Shown: positions 38,120 through 51,959 of the stretch, one piece after another | How the letters are laid out: each line of letters opens with the position of its first letter | Numbering within the stretch: the stretch's first letter is position 1 | Program-made: the position numbers and the translations under genes | NCBI GenBank assembly: GCA_964016885.1 | Contig: OZ024747.1 | Coordinates: 42,160,001-42,224,000, forward strand | Direction: 5' to 3' | DNA length: 64,000 nt | Origin: Eledone cirrhosa | Taxonomy: Eukaryota | The notes under the pieces: generated by a model | The model's input: the letters and a program-made list of their open reading frames with translations, nothing else | Database searches by the model: none | Told to the model about the DNA's origin: nothing

Positions 38120-38125
38120 AATAAA
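38120..38125 (+). terminator. Probable polyadenylation signal of POLR3K
   Basis: AATAAA 35 nt after the stop, followed by a T/GT-rich stretch. Confidence 0.6.
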
Positions 38126-39951
38126 CTCTTTTCATGTCACTTGTTTTCTTCTTCTTCGCCCACTTATTTCTAAGAGTGTTGTGGGGGCAGGGTCCTCAAA
38201 CACTCCTCCCCACGGGTCCTGTCAAAAGCTACCATCTCCAACTGATCTAGTTGGATCCCCAAGCATGACCAGCCAAGCTCATGGACGTTACCCAACCATC
38301 TTGCTCAGGGTCTCCTGCTGGTTTGTTTTGCCTGTAAAATCTGTCCAACAATTCTTTCATGAGACATTCTAACCACATGCCCGAGGTATTGAAGCTGTGA
38401 TCTTTCAATTCGGAGAAGTAGCTCTATTATTTATTTTGTCAACCATCTGAAAATGAGTAATATTGGTCCCGACACACACAACCCAGCCTCATGTTATTTA
38501 ATGAGATTCTCAGTTTATTCCATGGAAACTGAGCCTCTCAAATATGGCTACAGTTCACTGATGGGAAACATTTAAACTGAACCTCTCAAACATGACATCA
38601 TCTCATTGAAAACTGAGCCTCTCAAACACTGACGGGAAATAACTATCGACCTCAGAATGATCAAAGGTAAAGTTGATCTGGACAGGATTTGAACTCAGAA
38701 CATAGAAAGTCAAAACTAAATACCATGAAGCATTTTGTCTGATGCTCTATCAATTCTACCCTCTGAGATAGCAATGGTGACACTTTTATTTTATATTTTT
38801 AGTCTATTTTTGGCATGATGTTAGTGTAAGAAAAATAAAATTAGCAAAGTAGGTCTTTAATGTTTATCTGAATTTCATACACATATATATCTTAAAGCAA
38901 ATGGAGATAAATCTTTCATCAAAAGAGATCTCTTTGAAATGTCGTAGGTTGAGGTCAACATCATGTGTGTCCATTGACTTATTCACTCGATTCTTCACTT
39001 TCATTTGCATATACAGTTTAAAATATTGGTCAAAAGTTTGCTTCACAACCATATGGGGTTTCTTTGTTTGATTCTAACATGTCACTCAATCTATTGTCAT
39101 GTGGGGTTTCTTTGTTTGATCCTAACATCTGACTCAATCTTGTCATATTCATGAGATCAGCCTTCACCATGTTATCCCATGTTTTTCCTACTTCTTCCAC
39201 TTCCACAAGTTCCCTTAACTTTGAGTGTCCTGGATTTCTTTATGCTGCTATCATCTTATATATCCATCACATGTTCATATCAATGCAGTCTTCACTTCTG
39301 TACACTGCATCCAATTCCTCTTATGCCCACTTTTTCTTTCAGTCTATTTATGCTTTGTCATCCATCAGGATATGCTTGCTTCATTTCTTTCTAATCTTCA
39401 CATATCCTATGCACTCAAGGCCCGAGTCTCATTTCTATGCAGCATCACAATTCATACGCAAGCATCATACAATCTGTCTTTTTGTAGCCAGCTGAGGTAG
39501 TAGCTTCCTGAACATTTCCAACCGATTTTTATTCAGAACTGAAAAGAAAAGTGTGGAAGAATGAGACCAACAGTAATAATGATAAATCTTATTCAGCACT
39601 GGTTTTCAAATGCCCTGTGTACCTTTCGAACGCTGGCTTGAAGTTGCACCAACGAGCACATGATAGTAAAGTCCAAGTTGACTATTAAAACTTTGTTGCA
39701 GATAATCAATTCCAGTGCCATGTTTGTCAGAAATTTTGCAAATCAGGTCGTGGATTGAATGACATCTTAACATACACCATAAGCAAATCCAAAGTGGAAA
39801 CAAGAATGATGAGACATCATTGTATTATTTGTGGCCGGGTCTTTCACAGACTTTCTCATGCCAGGAAGGAACAGACAGAGTGCAAAAAGTAGCCAAGCTT
39901 TGTATGGAAGCATACGACCTTTGTGTGTGTGCGTGTGTATTTATGTATGTA

Positions 39952-40435
39952 TGTAACATGTAACCCAGTACAACCTGTCGCATGGTTGGGTCGTTGGCGA
40001 CTAAACCGGCAACCCCACCAAGTTTACTTCGTGAGGAGGGTGATTTTGGACACCCTGCAGGACAAAAAACGAAACCTGACAAAGGGCGGAAGAACTCATT
40101 AGAGTCAATGGCCATCCAAAAATGTGTAAATATGTATATACATGTATGCGTGTGTATGTATATACGCGGGGACATAGAAATAATCGGGCTGCATACCCGA
40201 TTGTGCGGTTAAACCACAGAGTGAAGGACCCCTAGCCTTTGTCAGGGCATTCTTCTAGGAGAAGGCAACTCAGGAAACTGGGATAACTCCAATATAAAAC
40301 CTGCAGCTCAGTAGTTACCGATGATGTTGATCTTTTCTTCTTTTCGGGTTATAGCTACTGTAGCTCAGAGAGTGGGATTGGCTCAGTGCAGTCTTACCTC
40401 ATTTAAAAAAAAAATTCACGCACAGGCATTGCACG
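39952..40435 (+). mobile_element. RTE-type 5' UTR fragment
   Basis: Homologous to 61850-62220 (GGGTCGTTGGCGACTAAAC..GTGAGGAGGGTG..CCTGCAGGAC). Starts at a TGTA repeat. Confidence 0.6.
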
Positions 40436-41209
40436 ATAGCATTATTTAATAATTATTAATAATGTTATATCGTGCAAAGACCATACTCGATAATGAGGGG
40501 GCAGTGATCATGTAAGTATGTATGTATCTATGCATTTGTTGGTGAGAAAAACAGATAGGTGGGTATGTAAGTACGTACATACGTGAGTTGATATATATCC
40601 AGCCACCAACAATCCTTGATTAATTATGCAAAATACGCAAAGGTCCATGATTCACCCTATATTAAGGGCATATCTATGATGAAGCATCAAACGTGCCATG
40701 AAATATTCAGATGCACTTAAGAGACTCATTTAAATATAGTTCAGTCTACCTTCTAAACGGCTGTTAGAAACAGGGCCTATACGTTTTCTTTAACATAACT
40801 ATTAGTTTGAGTTTATATTAACTTAGCTAATTTCACATTGTTGTGATTTTCTGTTGAACATTTTGTGTATGTCTGTGTAGTAACCATATTTAGCTCCGTT
40901 TTATTTCAACAGCAAATCTTTAAACAACAAAAACAAATATGCTGGACATTTTGAAGACAATTCAAATAGAAACCTAAATTTTTGGTGATTGAATAAATCC
41001 TCAATTTTTAATATAATTTTCTGCAGTAGCACACTTATTTACCTGTATGTAGTACAATTTACACACATACATACGTACCTATCTACCTACCTGCCTGCCT
41101 ACACACACACACATACCCATACACATACATACCTACCTACATACATACATACATAATTTAATTTAATATTGTGATCGACATAAAAGTAACATATCTTCAG
41201 ATTTAAAGA

Positions 41210-41975
41210 ATGAGTGTTGACGAAAGTGCTAACAACCTTGCAACAGGTACACCAGATGAATGTGTTAATTTTGTTCAAGATGGATATGTGAAAGTTAGTA
41301 ATGGGATCCTTACGGTTGGAATTACAAAGAACGATGTTTGGGAAAAGTTAACTGCAGACATAAAGAAGTTTTCTAATGAGAAAACCTTAATGATTAAATT
41401 TCAGAATGATACTGGTCTTCCTGTAAGAAATCTAGTGGAAGAGATGTCAAAAACAGGCATCGAAAATCTGGTATTTTTATCAGAGGATGCAGAAAAAAAA
41501 GTAAAAGAAAATCATTGTGATTCATCGAATAAAAGTACGTTTAAAGTTCAAGTGAAAGGGTTCGATATAGTGGAAGATGAGCTTTACGAAGAAATCCATG
41601 GTGATTTGGAATCAGAAACACAAATACAAGGGATAGAAACAACTTCTCGAGGAACTTCAAACAGTGATATTACTAACAAAGAAGAATCAGAATATGAAGG
41701 TATATCACGTACGAGTCGTTCTGAAACATTTGATTCCAATATTTTCGAAGGAATTGCGCGACATAGTATCGACACAAGAACCAATGCAATACCGAATGAT
41801 ATCAGTAACTTGAGGAAAGGTGTGATAATGATATTCTGCTTCCTTATGCAGTGTTTTACTGGACTGCTTTACTCTTTGGGACTAATCTACGTCATACTTC
41901 TGGATTATTTCGGTGCTAGTCGGTCTGTTACCAGTTTGGTCCAGTCACTTTGTTTAGCAGTGACTTATGGATTAG
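41210..41975 (+). CDS. SLC16/monocarboxylate-transporter-like MFS protein, coding exon 1
   Basis: Acceptor at 41200. Long hydrophilic N-terminus, then TM1-2 (..YSLGLIYVILLDYFGASRSVTSLVQSL..). G|GTAAAA phase-1 donor. Confidence 0.85.
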
Positions 41976-43608
41976 GTAAAAAAACAAAAAAAAAAACTTT
42001 TGTTTTCTTATTCATATTTCTTATCATTTCTGTTGAATCATTCTTTCCGATATCCTTTTCATTAATACTGTATGTATGGACCCGTAACTTCTGGTGGAAT
42101 CGAGGGGCCCTTTCCCTTCGTGTCATACGGCATGTCTAAACCAATCCCTCCCTAGGCCAGAGAAGGAGAGAGTGTGAGAGATATATATAGAAGATTCGAC
42201 CCCAATACTGGACTGGTCATTTGTTTTATCGACCCCGAAAGGACGAAAGGCAAAGCTGACCTCGTGGGATTTAAGCTCAGAGAACAGGGAGCCTGAACGA
42301 ATGTCACAAAGCATTGTATTCGATGTTCTGACGTTTCTGCCAATTTCCCACCTCCGCTTCCCAGGCCCAGAGCTCAATCACCCCTCCTCATTCTTCTGTG
42401 ATAGTAGAGTCCTTGTCTTTCCCTCCCTTTTCCGTTTTTTTCTTTTTTCTTTATATTTTCCTATTTTACATTCCATTCTTTCTTCTCAATCTAAATTCTC
42501 TTTTTTCTTTTTCTATTAAACTATATTTACATGATATATTCCATAAATAAATAAAATAATGATTCAATTAAGCAAAAAAAAAAAAAAAAAATCAGTAAAC
42601 TAGGATAAAGCAAAATATTTTCTAACTCTTGTAAATATTTAGCAGACCAAAAGATAACTAATAAGCCTGGCTTTATTTTCCGTGATGATAACGCATTAGT
42701 AATCGACAGAGCAATACCTAATGGTTTCCATGATGTGTAGTTGAAAAGTTAAAAAATAGCAGTTAATGTTAAATATTTGCCTTTCAACCTTTTAAAGTCG
42801 ATAAAAAAACAAACAACACCTGTCTAGTCACGGGATCGGTTCTGCCGCTATATCTCTTTACCCACTACTCCTCTCTCTTTACCCTTTCTTTTCCTCTCTT
42901 TCTCCTTCACTGGAAGAAGTCGGGTGGGCTCTGCCAGGTTTAAAAAGTCCAAGATACACTATTTCACTACAGCGCATCTACGATTTCATCAGGAGTTACT
43001 GGTTCATACACACAATTGTTGAATTACAGACATCTACCAAAGCCAAAGAATGTGTCTATCCATTGCTGATGAGAGGAAGTGTCAGCAATTGCATTTACCA
43101 GGGTGTCTATTTCTATAAAATAAAAAAATATATACCAAATTACTGAAAACATTTCTATATTCAGGGCTGTGAATTTAGCAAATCTCTGGTTACATAATTC
43201 ACCTAGCAGGCAACTCTAAATCTAATAAATGCTTTAAAATGTTTCAAATTTTCCTTTTTTAGTATTTTTTATAATTTTAATTAGATCATAAAATGAAGCT
43301 AAAAACTGTGTCTACCTACTTTGTGAGAATTATCCACAGACCCATGAGAAATAGTGGATTTTGTAGTCCAAATATGAGAGGTTTAATATATATGATGAAT
43401 TTGTGAAATATTTGTGCATCAGTTTTAAAAAATGTTGCTAAAATGTCAATTTATGTATGAAAATAAAACTACATACCGCAGAGCAACTTTACTTAGAAAC
43501 GTAATTTGTAAAATTACGCGGCTGACTGTTTCATTTGTGGTAGTGACATGTGGAATAGATTTACCTCCATAAGCATAAGTACGTTGATAACAATGCTAAT
43601 AGACTATA

Positions 43609-43803
43609 TAATTGTTTCTACTTTTGGCACAAGGCCAGTAATTACCCCAGTGCATTACTGGTACTTTATTTTATCGACCCCGTAAGGATGAAAGGCAAAG
43701 TTAACCTCGGCGGGATTTGAACTCAGATCATAAAGGGCCGTAACTCTTTGCTGCAATGCATGGCGTCCGACCCTCTACCGATACTGCCAATCCACCGCCC
43801 TAG
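43609..43803 (-). mobile_element. tRNA-derived SINE whose 5' head seeds the 45-bp array
   Basis: Full reverse-complement SINE body. Its first 45 nt equal the array unit. Confidence 0.85.
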
Positions 43804-46543
43804 CATGGCGTCCGACCCTCTACCGATACTGCCAATCCACCGCCCTAGCATGGCGTCCGACCCTCTACCGATACTACCAATCCACCGCCCTAGCATGGCG
43901 TCCGACCCTCTACCGATACTGCCAATCCACCGCCCTAGCATGGCGTCCGACCCTCTACCGGTACTACCAATCCACCGCCCTAGCATGGCGTCTGACCCTC
44001 TACCGTACTACCAATCCATCACCCTAGAATGGCGTCCAACCCTCCACCTATACTACCACTCCACCGCCCTAGCATGGCGTCAGACCCTCTACCGATATTA
44101 CCAATCCACCGCCCTAACATGGCGTCCGACCCTCCACCTATACTACCAATCCACCGCCTTAGCATGCGCTACCGATCCTCTACCGTTCTACCAACCCACC
44201 GCCCTAGCATGGCGTCCGACCCTCTACCGATACTACCAATCCACCGCCCTAACATGGCGTCAGACCCTCTACCGATACTGCCAATCCACCGCCCTAGCAT
44301 GGCGTCCGACCCTCTACCGATACTACCAATCCACCGCCCTAGCATGGCGTCTGACCCTCTACCGTACTACCAATCCATCACCCTAGAATGGCGTCCAACC
44401 CTCCACCTATACTACCACTCCACCGCCCTAGCATGGCGTCAGACCCTCTACCGATATTACCAATCCACCGCCCTAACATGGCGTCCGACCCTCCACCTAT
44501 ACTACCAATCCACCGCCTTAGCATGCGCTACCGATCCTCTACCGTTCTACCAACCCACCGCCCTAGCATGGCGTCCGACCCTCTACCGATACTACCAATC
44601 CACCGCCCTAACATGGCGTCAGACCCTCTACCGATACTGCCAATCCACCGCCCTAGCATGGCGTCCGACCCTCTACCGATACTGCCAATCCACCGCCCTA
44701 GCATGGCGTCCGACCCTCTACCGTACTACCAATCCACCGCTCTAGCATGGCGTCAGACCCTCTACCGATACTACCAATCCACCGCCCTAGCATGACATCA
44801 GACCCTCTACCGATACTGCCAATCCACCGCCCTAGCATGGCGTCAGACCCTCTACCGATACTACCAATCCACCGCCCTAACATGGCGTCCGACCCTCCAC
44901 CTATACTACCAATCCACCGCCTTAGCATGCGCTACCGATCCTCTACCGTTCTACCAACCCACCGCCCTAGCATGGCGTCCGACCCTCTACCGATACTACC
45001 AATCCACCGCCCTAACATGGCGTCCGACCCTCCACCTATACTACCAATCCACCGCCTTAGCATGCGCTACCGATCCTCTACCGTTCTACCAACCCACCGC
45101 CCTAGCATGGCGTCCGACCCTCTACCGATACTGCCAATCCACCGCCCTAGCATGGCGTCAGACCCTCTACCGATACTACCAATCCACCGCCCTAGCATGG
45201 CGTCCGACCCTCTACCGATACTACCAATCCACCGCCCTAGCATGGCGTCAGACCCTCTACCGATACTACCAACCCACCGCCCTAGCATGGCGTCAGACCC
45301 TCTACCGATACTACCAACCCACCGCCCTAGCATGGCGTCCGACCCTCTACCGATACTACCAATCCACCGCCCTAGCATGGCGTCAGACCCTCTACCGATA
45401 CTACCAACCCACCGCCCTAGCATGGCGTCCGACCCTCTACCGATACTACCAATCCACCGCCCTAGCATGGCGTCCGACCCTCTACAGATACTACCAATCC
45501 ACCGCCCTAGCATGGCGTCCGACCCTCTACCGATACTACCAATCCACCGCCCTAGCATGACGTCCGACCCTCTACCGATACTACCAATCCACCGCCCTAG
45601 CATGGCGTCAGACCCTCTACAGATACTACCAATCCACCGCCCTAGCATGGCGTCAGACCCTCTACAGATACTGCCAATCCACCGCCCTAGCATGGCGTCA
45701 GACCCTCTACCGATACTGCCAATCCACCGCCCTAGCATGGCGTCAGACCCTCTACCGATACTGCCAATCCACCGCCCTAGCATGGCGTCAGACCCTCTAC
45801 AGATACTACCAATCCACCGCCCTAGCATGGCGTCCGACCCTCTACCGATACTACCAATCCACCGCCCTAGCATGACGTCCGACCCTCTACCGATACTACC
45901 AATCCACCGCCCTAGCATGGCGTCCGACCCTCTACCGATACTGCCAATCCACCGCCCTAGCATGGCGTCAGACCCTCTACAGATACTACCAATCCACCGC
46001 CCTAGCATGGCGTCAGACCCTCTACAGATACTGCCAATCCACTGCCCTAGCATAGCGTCAGACCCTCTACAGATACTACCAATCCACCGCCCTAGCATGG
46101 CGTCAGACCCTCTACAGATACTACCAATCCACCGCCCTAGCATGGCGTCAGACCCTCTACAGATACTGCCAATCCACCGCCCTAGCATGGCGTCAGACCC
46201 TCTACCGATACTGCCAATCCACCGCCCTAGCATGGCGTCAGACCCTCTACAGATACTACCAATCCACCGCCCTAGCATGGCGTCAGACCCTCTACAGATA
46301 CTACCAATCCACCGCCCTAGCATGGCGTCAGACCCTCTACAGATACTACCAATCCACCGCCCTAGCATGGCGTCAGACCCTCTACAGATACTGCCAATCC
46401 ACCGCCCTAGCATGGCGTCAGACCCTCTACAGATACTGCCAATCCACCGCCCTAGCATGGCGCCCGACCCTCTACCGATACTGCCAATCCACCGCCCTTG
46501 CATGGCGTCAGACCCCCTACAGATACTGCCAATCCACCGCCCT
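43759..46543. repeat. 45-bp minisatellite (about 62 copies) derived from the SINE 5' head
   Basis: Unit CATGGCGTCCGACCCTCTACCGATACTGCCAATCCACCGCCCTAG is the reverse complement of the SINE head at 34176 and 57170. There is a 359-bp higher-order repeat (44029/44388). Confidence 0.95.
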
Positions 46544-46764
46544 TTGCCAACCCACAATATTAGATCATTTCATGTATGGTTCCGTTACTCCCCTCTGATG
46601 GGGCCGTATTGGCATACGGCATTTCTAGCGCATTTTTAAACCGGGCGGAGCTTATCTCCTCTCCAGGCCAGAATACAGCAGATTTCTTCCAGAGAAGGAT
46701 ATATATATATATATACATATACAATATATTAACAAATGGGAACTATATTTATAAAACCATATTT

Positions 46765-46827
46765 ATTTCATTATACATATTTCAAGGACACCAAAGCAAA
46801 TTATGGTGCGCTTTCATCAGATAAAAT
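46765..46827 (-). ncRNA. Type I hammerhead ribozyme motif (antisense in SLC16 intron 1)
   Basis: - strand: ATTTTAT-CTGATGA-AAGCGCACCA..TGGTGTCCTT-GAAA-TATGTA-TA-ATGAAAT, inside a (TA)n-flanked insert at about 46721-46976. Confidence 0.7.
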
Positions 46828-46976
46828 ATAATATAGATCAGTTTTATAAACAAATGTTGACATACCCTTAAAGAATGCAACCATGTCGGTTGGAAGCTCC
46901 CGGATAGTGGAGTGCTTTATAACAGTTATAAAAATATTTGCTTATTGTATCCCAACAAATTAAATATAACTTCTAC

Positions 46977-47008
<32 letters not shown>

Positions 47009-47454
47009 GGAGAATGTAAGTGAAAAAGAGGTTAATAAGGGAGAATCGACCCCCAGTACTAGACTAGTACGTTTTTATCGATCTTGAATGGATTAAAAGC
47101 AAAGTTGACCTTGGCGGGATGTGAACTCAAAGAGCAGAGAGTCGGAACGAAAACCACAAATCATTCCAACTGACGTTCAAACGACTCTGCCAATCGCCGC
47201 CATACCATAATCCTATACTCAGGCAAAATTTGCACCTATACACATTTTTCTCCACTTAAAGTAAAACCGAACGATGCTGATATATTCAAAAGGATAAAAC
47301 CCCTCAATTTCAAATGAAAGCGATATGTTGGAAAAATATTAATTCGAGGTGATTAATTTTGGTTTTGGCTAATATTTAAATTTTAATTTTCTTTATAGAT
47401 AGTAAGTTGATTGATTAACATTTTGTATGAGATTTGATGACAGATAGCCATATG

Positions 47455-47512
<58 letters not shown>

Positions 47513-47585
47513 GGTGTATAACAATAGTTACAGGCAATCAATAAAACATTTATGTGAAACTTCGTCCTCGTAAACTCTCTCTCTC

Positions 47586-47665
<80 letters not shown>

Positions 47666-47666
47666 T

Positions 47667-47749
<83 letters not shown>

Positions 47750-47868
47750 AAGCAGCATCAGTACATTCGGCCGCCCCTGTATCACGAAAACGAAAAATCT
47801 TTCACGGAAGCTTAAAATTTGTTTTGTAGAAGTTTTTAATATTTTAAAGTTTTTTAAAGGTTTTTATG

Positions 47869-47926
47869 CCGTCTGAAGAGCTCAGGCTATCAAAAGTGGC
47901 AGCCCTCAGCGAAATATGTATGACGG
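47869..47926 (+). ncRNA. Hammerhead-like motif, probably inactive (G at the cleavage position)
   Basis: CCGT-CTGAAGA-GCT..AGC-GAAA-TATGTA-TG-ACGG. Confidence 0.55.
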
Positions 47927-48124
47927 AGATTTAAATAACCCTAAATCAACTGACTGCTTATGGCTTCCGATCATTTTAATACTATATATATATATATATA
48001 TATATACAATAAAAAGAGAAATACACAGATACATGCGAATACATACATATACATGTATATACACACATATATCCCTGAATTTGTGTGGTGCCTTGCGGAC
48101 GTGTTTTGAAACTTTAAATGAGGT

Positions 48125-48218
48125 ATTCTCTTGATAAGTTGGCAAACCTCACAAAAATACTGCATCTCTTTGATGTAGTGTTTTTGCAAAGTAGCCACGA
48201 AACTGCGCAGTCGAGAAT
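48125..48218 (+). ncRNA. Type I hammerhead motif with U3-A8 core variant (sense in SLC16 intron 1)
   Basis: Stem I ATTCTC/GAGAAT, core TTGATAA, stem II GTTGGC/GCCAC with a long inner hairpin, GAAA, palindromic stem III ACTGCGCAGT, triplet GUC. Confidence 0.65.
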
Positions 48219-48285
48219 GTAGAGGAATATTGGGTATTTATATTTTTTTTTATTTATGTCTAATGTTTCTTCTTTCTTTATAATG

Positions 48286-48642
<357 letters not shown>

Positions 48643-48799
48643 TCTATATTAAACTTGATGTTTACATTCTACTAATGCATTGAGTACCTTACTAACTGTG
48701 GTTACTCTCGATTGAACCCGGGACTCATATATATATATATGTATCTATCTATCTATCTCTCTCTCTCTATATATATATATGTATCTATCTATCTATCTA

Positions 48800-48832
<33 letters not shown>

Positions 48833-49145
48833 CTATATATCTATCTATCTCTCTCTCTATATATATATATAGTTTCTCAACTTCTCAGTGTGCGCGTGTG
48901 TGTGTTCTGTGTAATATTGATTTCTAATTTAGGCCACAAGGCCAACAAATTTGGGGGAAGGGCAAAGTTGATCAATCAACCCCAGTACATGACTGGTACT
49001 CTATTTTATTGAACCGGGAAGGAAAAAGTCAAATTTAAACTTAGAATGTAAATTACCAGAAAAGATACCGCAATGGAATTCTATCCAACGCTCTACCAAT
49101 TCTGCCTACTAACCCCTCCTCTCTGGGATAATTGATATTGAAATA

Positions 49146-49510
49146 CAGTTGTCCCCCGGTATTCGCGGGGATTACGTTCCTATAGCATCCGCGAAGAGTG
49201 AAAAACATCGAATATTGAGCGTGGGCCATAAAAATGCCTATAAACGTCCAAATATAGCGTAAAATATAATAAAAAAAGAGGGATCGTCTTATGTGAAGGG
49301 GCGTCCAGTAGGCCGGCAAATACAGTATATTGTTATTAATAACTTAGCGTTAAAAAAATATATATTTCCACGAAAAAAAAAACCATAAAAAAATTCGCGG
49401 AAGATATTTACGACTCCGCGAATATGCGGTGGTTTCCACGAACAAACATTAGTTAGGTTCTAAGGAAAATTCCGCGAATAACCTGGACCGTGAATGTCGG
49501 GCGTACACTG
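49146..49510. mobile_element. pogo/Tigger-like MITE
   Basis: TA|CAGTTGTCCCCCGGTATTCGCGG ... CCGTGAATGTCGGGCGTACACTG|TA. Confidence 0.7.
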
Positions 49511-49553
49511 TATATTGTAAACTGAAAATAATTCAAGTATTTTTTCATTTCAG

Positions 49554-49697
49554 GTTTTTTCGTTGGAATGATTATAGAAAAAATTGGTCTCAGGTATTCT
49601 ATTATGTGTGGTAGTGTACTTGCTGCCATAGGATTCGGGGCATCTGCTTTTATGTATCAGATCTATTACATCATTTTACTTATTGGAATTGTCGGAG
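49554..49697 (+). CDS. SLC16-like transporter, exon 2
   Basis: GFFVGMIIEKIGLRYSIMCGSVLAAIGFGASAF.. (MFS motif A region). TTTCAG acceptor, G|GTAAGT donor, 144 nt, phase 1-1. Confidence 0.9.
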
Positions 49698-49851
49698 GTA
49701 AGTAGAATTGGTAGAAATACACTACATTTACGTATATAGCCATAACTCCTTATGGAGTCGTAGTATGTGCTGGACATTTAAAACCTGGGGACGCCTACCC
49801 CCTCTCCACCTCTGAACACATCCGATTTCTTCCAGAGGAGTAGAGAGAGGG

Positions 49852-49906
<55 letters not shown>

Positions 49907-50823
49907 GAAAAATCAAATCTAGTACTGTATTGATATTTTTTTTTTATCGACCTAGAATGGAGGAAAGGCAAGACAGACCTTGGCGGGATTTGAGAGTTCA
50001 GAGAGTCAGAATGAATACCACAAAGCATTATATCCGACGTTCTAACGACTCTGCCAATTAGCCGCACAAACATACACTACATTATTGTATCAAATACTAG
50101 TGTAAGTACTTAGGGCATCGATCGAGACTCAACACGGTTTTCTGACCGAAGAGAAGAAATATTAGTTAAATCTCTCACAAATCATGGTTCAACGTCAGAT
50201 TGAACAATGTAACCTCTCTGACTGAAAACTGATGCGTTAGTCGCCAGAGTTTGATTGACTTTCATAATAAGTATGCTTGATGAGATGTATTTGGGACTAA
50301 CCGACAACAATAACAATAATTTACTATTGCACAAGCCATCAAGGGATCCTCAACACAGTCGCTCTACCTGCTAGATATAACAGCCAGATCTCGTTCAAAT
50401 TGAATTAGGTGGTTGATTGGCAGTATGACAAGAAAAATGATTGTCAGAATTTGTTGGACAAATCGTGGATACTTTTCTCCTACATGGAATTACCACACCG
50501 GCTTAAGATGTTTGATACTTTGATGCTCCAGTGCACTAGACCAAAGAGTTTCGGATTCTATCATTGTTAAAAAAGTTCCCACTGATGAGTAATAGAGAAC
50601 ATGCCTCAATGTACCAGAATTTGATAATGAAGAGGGTTTGAATAAAGCAAGATTGGTTTGGTGTTAGTGGCTTCTAACATAGGCAAAAAGCCAGCAATTT
50701 CTGAAGTTCAAAAGACTGCCCATTCGCCCCCTCTATGTTCTTTATACTGTATGGCTAACAAAAACCAGTTTTAAAGTTAACTGTCAACCTATAATTTAAT
50801 GTATTTTTCTTATTTTTGTATAG

Positions 50824-51237
50824 GTGTTGGTGTCAGTATGCTTACCATTTCTTCGTTCGCAGCAATTCCAATCTACTTCAAAGACAAACAGAATGCTGCG
50901 GTTGCTTTTACATCAATGGGCACAGGGGTCGGTTCTGTTGCATGGCCTCTCGTCATGACAGAGATTATCGGTGAATATACTTGGAGAGGAAATTATCTTC
51001 TGGTCGGTGGAATTATACTCAATGCGTGTGTGATGGCCATGTTTTTTAAATCACAGAAACTTTCACCAGAGCAAAAAGCTGTAGCTAAAGTTAACAAATC
51101 AATGAAGACAATAAAAAGACACTTCAGAGAAATGATAAGAAACCCCCGATTTGTGGCCTACTTGTTCTGGTCATCTTGTGATAGTTTCTCCATTTCTGTA
51201 CTTAGTCAAATGTTAGTGGATTTCGGTTTACAACTTG
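50824..51237 (+). CDS. SLC16-like transporter, exon 3
   Basis: IYFKDKQNAAVAFTSMGTGVG..YTWRGNYLLVGGIILNACV (SLC16 YFxKxR and YGWRG-like motifs). 414 nt, phase 1-1. Confidence 0.9.
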
Positions 51238-51959
51238 GTAAGTAGATATGTTGAGTACAAATAAATCTAACTTCGATTCTAGAAAAAGATTGTAGTCGAT
51301 TGAAACGATGCGTGAATTTTGTATTTGTTTTATTTTTAGATAGAGAAGGTTAATGACAAAGATCCTCACGTCAAGATTTAAAATAGTATAAATTAAATTG
51401 CACAAGCCTTTTAATCTGAATTCTTACCATTTCTACCACTCCACTGTCTTCTATTTGGTACTAGATCATAGTTATATCAGTGAGAGATACAGGCGGCGAA
51501 TTGGTAGCGTCGTAAGAAGGTCAGAGTAGAAAGTTTTGCGGCATTCGTTCTGGCTCTCTCAGTTCAAATCCCATCGAAGTCAAGTATGGGACCTCTAGTA
51601 ACGTACTTTTTTTTTTGTTATGTATAATGTTTTGTAATGTCTAATGAAAATTAATTGTCGCAAGTATGCTAACACTTAAAAGAAAATTTTCGCCGGAGAT
51701 AGAATGGATAATAATAAGCAGGGTGGGGTTGGAAAAGATCTGAAAAATTAATAAGCGGGGAAGGAGACCCTCTAGGTATTCCATTCTAAAACACCCTTGA
51801 AGAAGTAAATGAAATAACTCAGTAGGGATCGTGTCTGAGTCACATTGTGGAATACCTCATCAGGGAATCAATCTGAGTCAGTGACTCAGTTTGTCGATAG
51901 CTTACCACCAACGATAAGGCAGAAGCCATAACAAAAATAATATTATCAATATTAATAAG

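Noticed and set aside
43759-46543. CRISPR-like regular array
   Set aside because: The units are contiguous with no unique spacers, there are no cas genes, and the context is eukaryotic. The same applies to 35211-36073.
43723-46639. 630-aa and 496-aa repetitive ORFs on both strands
   Set aside because: They are by-products of a stop-free 45-bp unit derived from a SINE head inside an intron, and 1-nt indels break the frames.
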